From Azolla caroliniana (Eukaryota; Plantae; Polypodiophyta), in the NCBI GenBank assembly GCA_043228905.1, contig JBHGNT010000008.1, positions 7,874,001-7,938,000 on the forward strand: a DNA stretch of 64,000 bases, given 5' to 3'. The notes below the pieces were generated by a model, which did not search any database, was not told where the DNA came from, and was given only the letters and a program-made list of their open reading frames with translations. Positions 12,360 to 26,100 of the stretch are shown piece by piece (within the stretch, counting starts at the first letter, position 1; every line of letters starts with the position of its first letter). The position numbers and the translations under genes were made by a program.

Positions 12360-12859
12360 ATCTCAAGCTTCTGTAGCTTCCATGGCTCCACAATTGATAG
12401 ATTGGTGCATTCATCCCACGCTTCATCTAAACACATAGAACAAAAGCACGATAAACTGCGGAATAACAATTGTGTTGTGTCCTTGCGACTAAACCCTAAA
12501 ACACAATGGGACTTCCGCATCCCTTTGATGGTTTTACAGCCATACAATTTACTCCTATCCACCTCATTAGCACGAACCTCAATAAACAATCTATTCTTAC
12601 AATCATTTGACATCTTCCATGTGAGCCACTCCACAACATCATGTGCATTTTGTAACTTAGCACCTTTATTATCCAACTGCTCATTTGTAAGAGCACGCTT
12701 GATCACAGCCCCCGCACCATGGTTCTCTCCCTTTCCATGTCTAGACCCGAAGTAGTTCCATTGTATCCTAATGTTTGTCAATGAGAAGTATCTGGGTGTT
12801 TTGCATGACAGTTAGCCAACAAACATATTTAGTGCATTACTGGAGCGTACAATTCTTAA

Positions 12860-13930
12860 CATGACTTAAACCATAATTATTAAGTCTAATGCACGAGAGA
12901 GGGCAATACTAAGACCCGAATTAGTACAAATGAACGAGAGAGGATAGTACTAATGCACGAGAGAGGACACTAAGTTGGAAATTAGTACGAACAGACAAGA
13001 GAGGAAAGTGGTAAGTTATTAATTAGTACTAATGCATGAGAGAGAACAATCCTAAGTGATAAGTTGGTCTTAATGAACAAAGTTGGACAATACTAAGTTA
13101 TTAATTAGTACTAATGCATGAGAGAGGACAATCCTAAGGTATAAGTTGGTCTTAATGAACAAAGTTGGACAGTACTAAGTTATTAATTATTACTAATGCA
13201 TGAGAGAGGATACTCCTAAGTTATAAGTTTGTCTTAATGAACAAAGTTGGATAGTACTAAGTTATTAATTAGTACTAATGCATGAGAGAGGAAAATCCTA
13301 AGTTATAAGTTTGTCTTAATGAAAAAAGTTGGATAGTACTAAGTTAATAATTAGTACTAATGAACATAGTTGGATAGTACTAAGTTAATAATTGGTACTA
13401 ATGAGAGAGGACAATCCTAAGTTATAAATTAATCTTAATGAACAAAGTTGGACAGTGCTAAGTTATTAATTAGTACTAATGCACAAGAGAGGACCATCCT
13501 AAGTTATAAATTAGTTCTAATGAACAAAGTTGAATACAACTGAGTGATTAATTAGTACAAATGTATGAGAGAGGACAATGCTAAGTATTAATTAATGCTC
13601 GTGCTTGCCGTTCTGCAGTCCAAAGTTATAAATTAGTACTAATGAACGAAAGAGGGTAGTACTAAGTTATTCATTAGTACTAATGCACAAGAGAGCACAA
13701 TGTTGAGATATAAATTAGTACTCATGCTAGCGGGATGACAGTCCTAAGTTATAAATTAGTACTTGTGCATGCGGGATCTAAGTACTTAGTTGTAAACCAT
13801 AGTCAGTATTTGTGCATGTGCAACAGAGAGGACAATACTATGGTGTAAAATAAGGATACATTACAAGGCATGAACCTTAATTAGTACTTGTGCACCTAGG
13901 AGGACAATACTAAGTTGTAAATAATGTCTA
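12860..13930. repeat. Intronic ~41/82-bp minisatellite with TTAGTACTAA palindrome
   Basis: Anchor taatgaa at 13071, 13153, 13235 and 13317 (82-bp period, two ~41-bp subunits). It lies inside intron 12792-14142. Confidence 0.92.
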
Positions 13931-14613
13931 CTTAACACGGTTATTACCATAATCAGTACTAGTGAATCTAGGAGGGGAGAACGAAATGGCCAATCAGTTC
14001 AAATTCACATTTCAAGACAATACTGCTTCATGTAGTAGGATAATTACTAATTGTATTTTATACAAACATTTATAAGTACTATGGAGTATTACCAAAATAG
14101 ACTTCCATTTATAAGTAACAAACATATGGATTATTTCCTCACCTTGCAATGAAGTAGAAGGACCAAGCCACCTTAAATTGCGAGGCAGCACCATCAGACC
14201 AGACCCAATGGCGATTAAAGTTAACACCCAAGGACAATAAATCTGCGTGGTGAAGCTTAAAACAATGTTGAACAAATAACGTATCATGCTTTTTATCATC
14301 TGAAATGTAGAATATTGATTTCATATGTAACTCTCTAGTAGCAAATATGTACAAGTATTGTACATTGGTCATTGTACCAATGCATTGACTGAACCTCATT
14401 TTGAACTTTAAGTGTATAGTTCTCTGCAAAGTCAATAACAGATACCATACTCTAAATATTTCCATCTCACAATATGACAATTATCTACATCAAGCTCCTG
14501 TCCACAAAATAACGGTTGTGGGCATGTTGGCATAAAAGGCCGACTCCTTCCAAATTGTGTCCGTCCGAGTGTGAACTCGTTAATAAGTTAGGTCTTAGTA
14601 TATAAGCAAATAC

Positions 14614-17600
14614 TGTTAAGAAAACGTGAAGAAGGCACTCGAGCTCTTCTTATGTGCGCGGCGGATCGTAGTGTGCTGGATCGTTAGCGTGCTCTAAACA
14701 GACAGAGAAAGGAAAGGGGACTTACCTCTGTAGTAGCAAAATGGTTTTCTTCTATTACATGTAGAGCTCAACTTGCTCTTGTCAGTCTTCTGGTCTCTCG
14801 CTCTCTCTCAGAGTTCTCTGCTCACTATACTCTGTTTTTTCTTACTACTACTTTCTATTCACTCACACTTACTTTTACCTAAGTCATAAGTTATTACACA
14901 TGCAGCTAATTAGCTGTCAGTCGCTAAATAGCTGTTCACTAGCTAATTAGCTGTCACTAGCTAAATAGCTGTTTTACCTTTTTGTTCACTAGTAGCTAAA
15001 TAGCTACTATAGCTTATTTCTCATAAGCATCACATACCATGTTGAGCTTGCTTCTCAACACTCCCCCTCAAGCTCAACTTATTCTTGCTTGAGGTTCTCT
15101 TCAATCTTCTTTTCCATTTTGCTTTTTAGCCATCTCATCAATGTTTACAACTCCCATCATGTTCCGAAACTGTGTATGTTTTTCCACACTCGATCCCTTC
15201 GTAAGGATATCAGCAACCTGCTGATTTGTATTCACATACACCAGATCAACTTCTCCTTCAATCACTTTTTCTCTAACAAAGTGATAATGCACCTCAATGT
15301 GCTTTGTTCTTGCATGGAACACTGGGTTCTTTGCAAGCTGAATGCTGCTCATATTGTCACACCAGATTGTGACAACACCATCTATATATACTCCCAGATC
15401 AGCAAGCAGTCTTCTGATCCATACTTCTTCACATGTGGCTATTGCAGCCCCTCTATACTCAGCTTCTGTACTGGACAATGCAACAGTAGCCTGTTTCTTG
15501 CTACTCCATGAAATTCCTGCACTTCCCAAGGTAAACATGTATCCACTTGTGGATCTCCTGTCTGTTTGGCTTCCAGCCCAATCAACATCTGTATATCCTT
15601 CCAGATTTATGTCTAGATTAGCCCTGTAAAATAGTCCAATGTTCTGAGTTGCTTTTACATACCTCAGAATCCTTCTGATGCAGTCCAAATGTGGCTTTGT
15701 TGGCTGTTGCATAAACTGGCTGACTAATCCAACAACATAGCTCAAATCAGGTCTTGTTATAGTCAAATAAATAAGGCTGCCCACCATAGACCTGTACATG
15801 TTTACATCTTCTATCTTGGCTCCCAAATCAGCCCTCAACTTGCAGTTTTTATCAAGTGGTACAGCAATAGGTTTGCATCCAAGCATACCATACTTTTTCA
15901 ACATAGTTGTTGCATACTGTTTTTGCAACATACATATACCACTTTCAGATCTGATGATTTCAATACCAAGAAAATATCTCAGATCTCCCAAATCTTTCAT
16001 ATGAAACTGCATTTCCAGATTTTTTTCCAACTTTCTTATTTCATCCACGGAATCTCCTCCAATAATCAAATCATCTACATAAATCAGAATAATAACAATG
16101 CAATCATTTTCACTTTTTACATACAAAGAAGGATCAACTTTTGACATTTTGAAACCAAGATTTTTCAGAGAATCTGAAAGTTCTCTGTGCCATGCTCTTG
16201 GTGCCTGTTTCAGTCCATAGAGAGCTTTTTTCAGCTTACATACATAATCAGGATGTTTCTTATCTTCAAAACCTGGTGGTTGACTCATATACACTTCTTC
16301 TTCCAAGTTACCATGTAAAAAGGCATTTTTTACATCCATGTGATGCAAAATCCATTTTCTGGCTGCTCCTACAGCAAGTAGTGTTCTCAAGGTTGCCATC
16401 TTTGCAACCGGTGCAAAAGTCTCATCATAATCAATCCCTTGCATCTGAGCATATCCTTTTGCAACCAATCTTGCTTTATGTCTACTTACATTCCCATTGG
16501 AGTCATGCTTTGTCTTGTAGACCCATTTGCAGCCTACCACATTTTTCTCTTTTGGTAACTTCACTAAATCCCACGTTTTGTTCTCAGCCAATGCATCAAT
16601 CTCTTCTTGCATTGCATCCATCCATTTCTTCTCAGATTTTGCTTCTTCAAAGCTGTTTGGGTCAGGGATCTGTACCACCTTAGACATATATGCATAGTGC
16701 ATAGCCATATATGTATCATACCCAAATCTTTCCACAGTCTTTTTCTCTCTATCTGATCTTCTCAGTTTCTGATTTGCATTCTTTATTGCCTTTTCCGTAC
16801 CAGGGATTTTCATTTCCTGTATTCCAAGGAAATCATCCAAAGACATATCTGAATCTTCATCTTCCATGTTTTTTGATAGGTCATCCGGGATTTCATACTC
16901 TGGCATTTTCTGTTTTCCTTTTTTGTCATCAGATTTTTTCTGTCCAGTTTTTCCACTCCATGAATTTGAATCAGATTTACCATCTGAGCTTTTTGATGGT
17001 CCAGAACATTCTGTTGATGTTGGACTTTGCTGTCCAACCTTGTCTCCATCTCTGTGACAGTCTTCTACATTTTCTGATCTGTCTTTGTCTTCATTTTGAC
17101 AGTCTTCATCAGTCTCTAGATTCTGTTTTGGGCTGTACCAACTAGCCAACTCATCAAATATCACATCTCGACTTGTCGCAATCTTTTTAGTCACAGGGTT
17201 ATAACATCTGTACCCTTTTTGTTCTTCTGAATATCCAACAAAGATACATTTTTCTGCTTTTGGATCCAACTTACTTCTTACTTCTGCAGGCACATGTACA
17301 TATGCAAGGCATCCAAACACTTTCAAGTGTTGTAAGCTAGGCTTCCTGCCATAAAAACACTCTTCAGGAGTTGCCTCATGTACTCCTGATGTAATACATC
17401 TATTTAAAATGTAATTTGCTGTATTTATAGCTTCTGCCCAATAGTATAATGGCATGTTCTTCTCAGTCATCATTGCCCTTGCTATGTTCACCAAAGTTCT
17501 GTTTTTCCTCTCAGCAACTCCATTTTGCTGTGGAGTATATCGGCATGTGAACTGTCTTCTTATTCCCTGATTACACAAAAAATCAGAAAATTCATTGGAG

Positions 17601-20034
17601 AAATACTCTCCTCCTCCATCAGATCTCAAACATTTTATCCTTGTACCAGCCTGCTTTTCTACCATGCATTTAAACTTACGAAAGCAGTCAAATACTTCAC
17701 TTTTCTCCTTCATGAAGTACACCCATGTCTTTCGTGAACAATCATCAATAAATGTAACATAAAATCTGCATCCACCAATAGATGCATTCTTTGTTGGTCC
17801 CCATACATCTGTATGTACCAAATCCAACAGATTTTTGCTTACATGTCTCTCATGAGGGAATGGCAACCTGTTTTACTTACCATATTGACATGCTTCACAT
17901 ACTTTTCCCATTTCACACTTTTTCAAGTTTGGCAGTCCAGCCACTGCATCTTTTCTCAACATATTCTTTAATGTTTGCATACTTATATGGCCAATCCTTT
18001 TATGCCACATTTCCACATCTGAGATTACACTCGTTCCATTTGCAAACATGGCTGAAATCTGTTTGGGCATTTCTACATCCAAGATAAACATTCTTCCTTG
18101 TCTCTTCCCTTTTGCAATGAGCTTCCCATTCTTTTCTATATAGCATCCACTTTGCTTAAACTTCACTTGCATACCTTGCTCTACAATCTGTCCAACAGAA
18201 ATCAGATTCTTAGCAAGGTTTGGAACATGCATCACATTCAACATATACTTGGTTTTTCCTCTTTCTTCCCACAATGGGATATCTCCAACATGTTTTATTT
18301 GGTGAGTTGTGTCATCACCTGTTTGTACATAACCAGGAACCTCTGGTTCTCTTAAACTCTCAAACCAATTTGCATGTCCAGTCATATGGTTAGATGCCCC
18401 CGAGTCTACATACCACGTAAACTCTTCATTACATTTCTGTGAGCTTTCAGCCACTGCTGCTATCTCATGTTGCACTACAAAACCACCTTCCTTTTCACAA
18501 TCTTCACTAGTAGAGGCATAGTTACTCTGTTGTCCTTTTCCTCTTTTCTCATCATTTTGTTTCTTGTAACATTCAGCCTGTGTATGGCCTGGTTTACCAC
18601 AATACCAGCAGCCATCATCATTTACATAAGTTTGCTTACCTCTACCTTGGTTTCTCCCCCTGCCTCTGTTGTTGTTTCCTCCTCTATGAGCTTGTTGTCC
18701 TCTTCCTTGAAAGCCATTATTATTGGTTCTTCCTGAGCCAAATCTTCCATGGCCTCTTCCTCGGCCTCTTCCGGCATTATTATAGAGGGCTTGCCCCTCG
18801 TTCTCTGAGTTTCCTTTATTTGCATCATCCATCTGATTCCTTTCCTCTACCACAAGCATTGAGACCAGATCTGAAAAACTTGGGGTACTATCCCTTGTGA
18901 GCATAGAAGTTTTAAAACTCTTGTATTGAGGTCCTAAGCCTCTTAAGCATATTTCCACTTTGTCATCATCTTCTATCTTCACATTGATAGAAGCAAGTGA
19001 TTCACATATACTCTTGATTTTTAGGGCATACTCATTTATTGACATCTTACCTTTTTCTAAGGTATTTAGCTCAGTCTTCAACTGTAGCTTTCTAGCTTTT
19101 GTGTTTACTGCAAACAGTTTTACCAAACTGTCCCAAGCTTCTTTTGGGAGCATAGCATCCTGTATGTGCCCAAGCATTGAATCTGAGATGCTGAGTGATA
19201 GCCAATGCATTACTTTCCTTGCCCCTTGATTCCAATCTTTAAATGCCTTAATATGTGCAGCTGTTGCATTCTCTTCTGGGATCTCTGGAGCCTCTTCTAG
19301 GTCTCCTTCAATGTAGTCCCAGTATCCTTTCCCCATCAGAAAGTTTGTCATTCTGAATTTCCACGCCGGGAAATTGTTTTTATCTAATTTCTCTGTGACC
19401 ATTTGGCCTACATTCTCTGCAGCCATTTTTTTCCTTCCAAAAACCAGGGTTTTGCTTTAGTTACTTCAACAAGTAACTTTCTGATTTCTGATCAGCAACC
19501 AGAGAAATAACTTTCTCAGATTAAGGCACTGCTATACTCTTCCTTACGAGCTACTCTGCTCTGATACCATGTTAAGAAAACGTGAAGAAGGCACTCGAGC
19601 TCTTCTTATGTGCGCGGCGGATCGTAGTGTGCTGGATCGTTAGCGTGCTCTAAACAGACAGAGAAAGGAAAGGGGACTTACCTCTGTAGTAGCAAAATGG
19701 TTTTCTTCTATTACATGTAGAGCTCAACTTGCTCTTGTCAGTCTTCTGGTCTCTCGCTCTCTCTCAGAGTTCTCTGCTCACTATACTCTGTTTTTTCTTA
19801 CTACTACTTTCTATTCACTCACACTTACTTTTACCTAAGTCATAAGTTATTACACATGCAGCTAATTAGCTGCCAGTAGCTAATTAGCTGTCAGTCGCTA
19901 AATAGCTGTTCACTAGCTAATTAGCTGTCACTAGCTAAATAGCTGTTTTACCTTTTTGTTCACTAGTAGCTAAATAGCTACTATAGCTTATTTCTCATAA
20001 GCATCACATACCATGTTGAGCTTGCTTCTCAACA
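14614..20034 (-). mobile_element. Copia B: very young full-length Ty1/copia inside the copia A 5' LTR
   Basis: Perfect TSD AATAC. LTRs 14614-15060 and 19570-20034 appear identical except for an 18-bp indel. PBS for tRNA-iMet at 19558-19569 and PPT at 15061-15070. Confidence 0.97.
15101..19426 (-). CDS. Copia B gag-pol polyprotein, interrupted by one in-frame stop
   Basis: ORFs 17873..19426 (gag, CCHC knuckle, DSGAS protease) and 15101..17866 (integrase, YVDD RT, RNase H) are in the same frame. They are separated only by TAA in QYGK*NRLPF. Confidence 0.95.
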
Positions 20035-21814
20035 AATACCTAACATTGTAAAGAGTGACGAGTGGAAGAGAGACGAAGAGACAAAGAACTAATTCTCTAG
20101 TTCTGCGTATTGTATCTCTAAGAGAGAGTGAGAAAGAAGCAATAAAGCTTTCCATTAAAGCTTGCACTGTGTAAGTCCACGCCTATTCTATCTTTCTGTT
20201 TGTGTTGTGTGTTGTTCATAACCGATAACAAATCCATACACGTTTCCGCAAAACGCACTCGTTGTCAACAATTGGTATCAGAGCCACCTTGTTGTCCGGT
20301 GGCAACAGAAAACAGAAGAAGAAGCTGAAAGAAAATACCAGGTCAGAAATTTCAAGTTCACAAAAAGAATATGGCTTCAACATCCGGAGCAGGAGTTGAA
20401 ATCAGAAAATTCGACGACAAAACTTTTGCCCTGTGGAAGGAGATAATGCAGGATGTGCTAATCATCTGAAGGCAGGTCGAAGCCACTAGGCACAGCGAAA
20501 AACCTACCTCAATGACAACCAAGGAATGGAGATCAATGGATGAAATCGCACGCTCCACCATCCGAATGTCCATTTCAGCATGGCGAAAGAAATGATAATG
20601 TTCTCATTGTGGGAGAAGCTACATGCCATTTATGAAAAGAAGTCCTCATCTTCGAAATTGATTTTGATCAAACAGTTGTTCAACCTGAAGATGAGAGAGA
20701 CCGATCCGGGAACCTCCCACATCAACACCTTCAGCCGGGTGTTGTTAGAGCTCTTGTCACAAGTGATCAACTTCGAAGAGGAAGATAATTCCCTTGCACT
20801 CTTATTGAGCTTGCCGGTGAGTTGGGAGGTATTCTGCACCACATACGCCAATAGCCGACTGATCTTGAATCTGGATGAAACAATCGGCCAAGTCCTCACA
20901 GAGGACATTCGGCGAAATCGATGGGACTAACTATCGATGAGTAAGCAGAAGCCCACCACTCAACCGAGTTGTTCGATCGACAGAGTCGAACGAAAGAACA
21001 AGCCGACAGAACCGGTCAACATTACAACCGATCGAAAACGAGGGGAGAATGACAATGCTCGAAGTCGAAAAGAGGTCGATCAAGTGAGTACTACACACAC
21101 TACAAGAAAGTTGGCCACAATATTTCCAACTACTAGTCAATAAAGAGAAAAGAGAGTGCTCCACGATCCTAGCGGAATCGGGGACGTTCCCACTCAATCG
21201 ACTCTCCAATCGGCAACCAGGTCAATGTTACCGACACCCGATCCGAAGAAATCCTCTCCCAAGAGGATTCGATGATAAGATAAGTCCTCTACAGTGCACA
21301 AGCTGCACACACGTGGCTACTAGACTATGGTGTCACATTTCAGGTGACCCCGAACATTGAATGGTTTTCGAACAATTCAGCCGACGCCAGCGGCACAATC
21401 CAACTAGGAAACAGACAAGAGTGCAAGATAACAGGAATTGGAGAAGTTCCCATCAGATTACCAAATGGCAACATAATAACCCTGCACCATGTTCAGCACG
21501 TATCCAATCTAAAGAGGAGTCTAGTCTCCATCAACATGTTAGCCAAAGATGGGTACAAAACAACTCTACATGAGTTGACATGGGTGATCAACCGAGGAAA
21601 CCTCAAAGTCGGGAGTGGGTAGAAGTACCATAATCTGTACCCATTGATGGCGATCAACCTTGAAGGGGTAGTGAACATAGCCAAAAAGACCGACCCAAAC
21701 CTATGGCATGGCCGACTCGGCTATATGTCACAAGCCGGACTTGATCGGCTGATGTTGGTTGGCTACATCCCAAAACTCTAGGCAAAGATGAACTTCTGTG
21801 AGCATTGTCGATAT

Positions 21815-22680
21815 GGGAAATAGACCCGAAGTCTGCACTCTCTCCATTACGAGATGGTACGACAGTCCCTAGATCTCGTGCACATAGACATCAATGGGCC
21901 CATGCCAGAGCGATCACTAGGAGGCTCCTGGTACTTCATCACATTTGTAGATGACTGTACACGAAAAGGTTGGGCAAACTCCATCAAGTCCAAAGATGAA
22001 GCACTCAAGGTCTTCATTCGATAGATATCTCGGAAATAGACCCGAAGTCTGCATTCTCTCCACTACGAGATGGTACGACAGCCCCTAGAGCTCGTGCACA
22101 TAGACATCAGTGGGCCCATGCTAGAGCGATCACTAGGAGGCTCCCGGTACTTCATCACATTCGTAGATGACTATACACGAAAAGGTTGGGCAAACTCCAT
22201 CAAGTCCAAAGATGAAGCGCTCGAGGTTTTCATTCGATGGATATCTCGGAAATAGACCCGAAGTCTGCACTCTCTCCACTACGAGACGGTACGATAACCC
22301 CTAGAGCTCGTGCACATAGACATCGGTGGGCCCATGCTAGAGCGATCACTAGGAGGCTCCCGGTACTTCATCACATTCGTAGATGACTATACACGAAAAG
22401 GTTAGGCAAACTCCATCAAGTCCAAAGATGAAGCGCTCGAGGTTTTCATTCGATGGATATCTCGGAAATAGACCCGAAGTCTGCACTCTCTCCACTACGA
22501 GACGGTACGATAGCCCCTAGAGCTCGTGCACATAGACATCAGTGGGCCCATGCTAGAGCAATCACTAGGAGGCTCCCGGTACTTCATCACATCCGTAGAT
22601 GACTATACACGGAAAGTTTGGGCATACTCCATCAAGTCCAAAGATGAAGCACTCGAGGTCTTCATTCGATGGATATTTGA
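21815..22680 (+). repeat. Four tandem 216-bp (72-codon) copies of the integrase N-terminal segment in copia A
   Basis: Anchor gacccgaagtctgca at 21823, 22039, 22255 and 22471. Confidence 0.93.
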
Positions 22681-23189
22681 AGTGGAGAACCAATCGAGAT
22701 ACAGAGTGAAGACACTCCGATCCGATAACGGAGGTGAGTACACCTCTAGAGCAGTCAAAGAGTTCTTGTCCGGAAAAGGGATCCGACACCAAAAAACCGT
22801 TCCATATACACCCAATTCTTCAGCAAGTCGGACTGAAGTTGGAATTCTGAGCCGAGGCATTGTAGACAGCAGTGTACCTAATAAATCTGGCGCCATCACG
22901 AGCAATCAAGCTCGAAGTGCCACAGGCACTATGATCAGGCAAACAGCTGACCTACGATAGGCTCCGTATATTCGGATGCGAAGCCTACACATTCATTCCT
23001 AGGGACAAAAGGACAAAGTTGGCACCTCATGCAACGAAGTGCATATTTCTTGGTTATGGAACCGATGGGGACTTCCGCTACCTGCTATGGGACCCCGAGA
23101 ATAGGAAACTGATCCGGAGTAGTGACGTGGTCTTCAATGAAGACTCTATCTTCTCTCAGAGGAACCAACATAAAATAATTGTTAAGAAG

Positions 23190-26100
23190 TGTTAGGAAAC
23201 AGGTCTCTCCGGATGGGAAGTGAGAAGAACAGTGTTGATGAGCAAACTCGACCTCGGCCGAAACCGGATGTGGAGTACCCGACTACGGAAGACCCGGTGA
23301 GAACCGGATGACGAGTACCTGACAACGGAAGACCCGGTGAGAACCGGATGTGGAGTACCTGGCTACGGAAGACCCGGTGAGAACCAGATGACGAGTACCC
23401 GACAACGGAAGACCCGGTGAGAACCGGATGAGGAGTACCCGGCAACGGAAGACCCGGTAAGAACCGGATGATGAGTACCCCGCAAGAGCCGTATGGTGAA
23501 GGCCCGGTGAGAAGTGCTCACTGGATGAAGGGAGATATTCGTAAATATGTTTTCTGAGAGTCCATCGGGGCTATATTTGTAAATAGCCGAAAAGTCATAT
23601 TAGTATAAATATGACTTAGGGCAAACTTAGTGTGAAAGTAGTTGTCATTCTTGTTGGTGCAAGATTAGAGTGCATTATTGTGTACAGAGAGAGAGAGAGA
23701 GAGGAAGAGGTCGTTGCCTCTGTTGTAACCGCCACCTGTGGCGAATATAGCAAGCTCGAGGTCGTTGCCTCGGTGCTTTACTATTGTACATTGTGAAATA
23801 GTGATAGTTTGCAGTCTGTGGGCTACCGTGGTTTTTCCCTAGTTTGGGTTTTCCACCTTAACATCCTGTGTACTCTTCTCTTCATTGTGTCGTGCGTTCA
23901 TTACCTGTTTTCTGTGTTTGATCTTAGGCCTGGTTGTGGCCGAGCGTTGTTCATCGGGAGCGTGTGTTCCTGAAAAAGTGGTATCAGAGCGAAACAACAC
24001 AGAAAATGGACGAATCGTTGGGAGGCATGTTCAAGCTCACCGGCTCCAACTATTCCGTGTGGAAGTCGAAGATGAGGGACATGCTCGTGGTTAAAGATCT
24101 TTGGTTTCTAGTTCAGTTCGGGGACAAGAGACCAGACAAAATCGACGCCACGATATGGGAGGTGATGCACATGAAGACAACGACTTACATACGGTGCTTC
24201 ATCGACATGAGTGTATACAACAACTTCAATGAAGAGAGCCAGGCTCATGAGCTCTGGGAGAAGATCGACATTATGTTTCAGGTTTCGGCATTTTGGAAGC
24301 TAGTAAGACTCCGTTACCAAGATGGCTCCAGCATGGCGGAGCACATGAATGCCTTCCAGGGGTTGATCCACCAGGCAACATCATTGGAAGTACCTCTCGC
24401 TGATGAGGTACTAGCACTACTCCTGCTCGGTTCCCTCCCAGATAGTTGGGAGACGTTGGTTGTCACTTTGGGCAATGCCGGGCCGGAAGGAAAACGGTTA
24501 TCCCTAGCAAGAGTGAAGTCGAGCTTGCTAGATGAGGAGACGCGTCAGAAAGATAAGGATACGAGCTTCGACTCCAAAGCACTCCTTACCGAATCGGAAC
24601 GCGGAAGACAAAGGAACCGTAGTCCCCAGAACCGGGAGAAGTCGGGGACACGGTCAAAGTCAAGGGGGAGGCCTACCTGCTTCTATTGCGGCAAGCTGGG
24701 ACACTTCCAGAAAAACTGTCGGCACTTCCGAAAAGACAAGGAAACCGATGGCACCGATTCGAAGCAGACACTGGACCGGAAAGGTAAAGACTGGAGGGGA
24801 ACGAACCGGAAGGGAACGACGGCAATCGCGGCAAGTGAAGAAGAGTTGATGCTCATCACCGAGGAGAGTGAGCTAAACCTTGTCGGCGACGAGATGACCT
24901 AGGTGGTCGACTCCGGAGCGTCGTTCCACCTTACCACGGACCGGAAATGCTTCTCATCCTACTCAACCGGTGATCACGGGTGTGTCCGGATGGGGAATGA
25001 AGGTACATGCCGAATTGTCGGCATAGGAGACGTGTGGTTGACAACACCAACCGGATGCAAGCTGCTGCTGAAGGATGGCCGACACGTTCCGGAGGTTCGT
25101 CAGAACCTAATATCAGCCGGTCGGCTAGATGATGAAGGCTACACGGGTAGCATCCGGAATGGTGTTATGAAGTTCAGCAAAGGGAGCCTGATTGTGGCTC
25201 TGGCCCGGAAGGTAAACACGTTGTACCTGATGAATGCCCGGTTATGCCCGGGAGAAGTGAACGTGGCATCCAACACTGCCGATGAGCTGTGGCACAAGAG
25301 GTTGTGTCACATGAGCGAGAAGGGGAGGAAGAGGCTTGCAAATGACAAGCTCATTCCAGTGAAGAATGTGCACTTGGAGAAGTGCACTGATTGTCTTGCC
25401 GGTAAACAAAACCAGACCTCCTTCCGATCGAGGCCACCGATGAGACGTAAAGCACCACTGGAGGTGGTGCATACTGATGTATGTCAAGTGGACACGAAGT
25501 CACATGTAGGATCGCAGTACTTCGTGACGTTCATAGATGACCACAACCGAAAGTTGTGGGCCACACGTTGAAGACGAAGGATCAGGTGCTATCCGTCTTC
25601 AAAGAGCTCCACGCGAGAGTGGAAAGAGAAACCGGTCGGAAGTTGAAGGCGGTTCGAGCAAATAACGGAGGAGAATACCGGGGGCAGTTCGAGGAGTACT
25701 ACCGCTCGAAGGGAATCTGGCTCGAATATATCGTGCCAAAGACGCCGGAACTAAACGGGCTGGCCGAGAGGATGAACCGGACCATAATGGAGAGGTTCCG
25801 GAGTATGCTGGCGCATGCAAAACTACCCAAGAAGTTTTGGGCTGAGGCACTGTCGACGGCGACATATGTGATAAACAGATCACCCTCAGTACCGTTGGAT
25901 GAAGACACGCCTCTGGACCGATAAGGAAGTGTCCTACTAGCATCTGAAGATATTCGGGTGTCTCGCGTACGTGCATGTAGCTAAGGACCGGAGAGGAAAG
26001 TTAGATCCAAAGACCCGGCCATGCATATTCCTCGGATACGGCGATGATGAGTTCGGTTACCGAGTGTGGGATCCGGTTGACCAGAAGGATTTCCGGAGTC

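Noticed and set aside
17867-17875. Programmed stop readthrough in copia B
   Set aside because: The TAA sits at a normally conserved Gln (GKQ) after the integrase zinc finger, not at a gag/pol boundary. A C>T mutation is simpler.
19670-19690. Consensus splice donor AG|GTAAGT in the copia B LTR (minus strand)
   Set aside because: No convincing acceptor was found before gag, so it is unsupported without transcripts.
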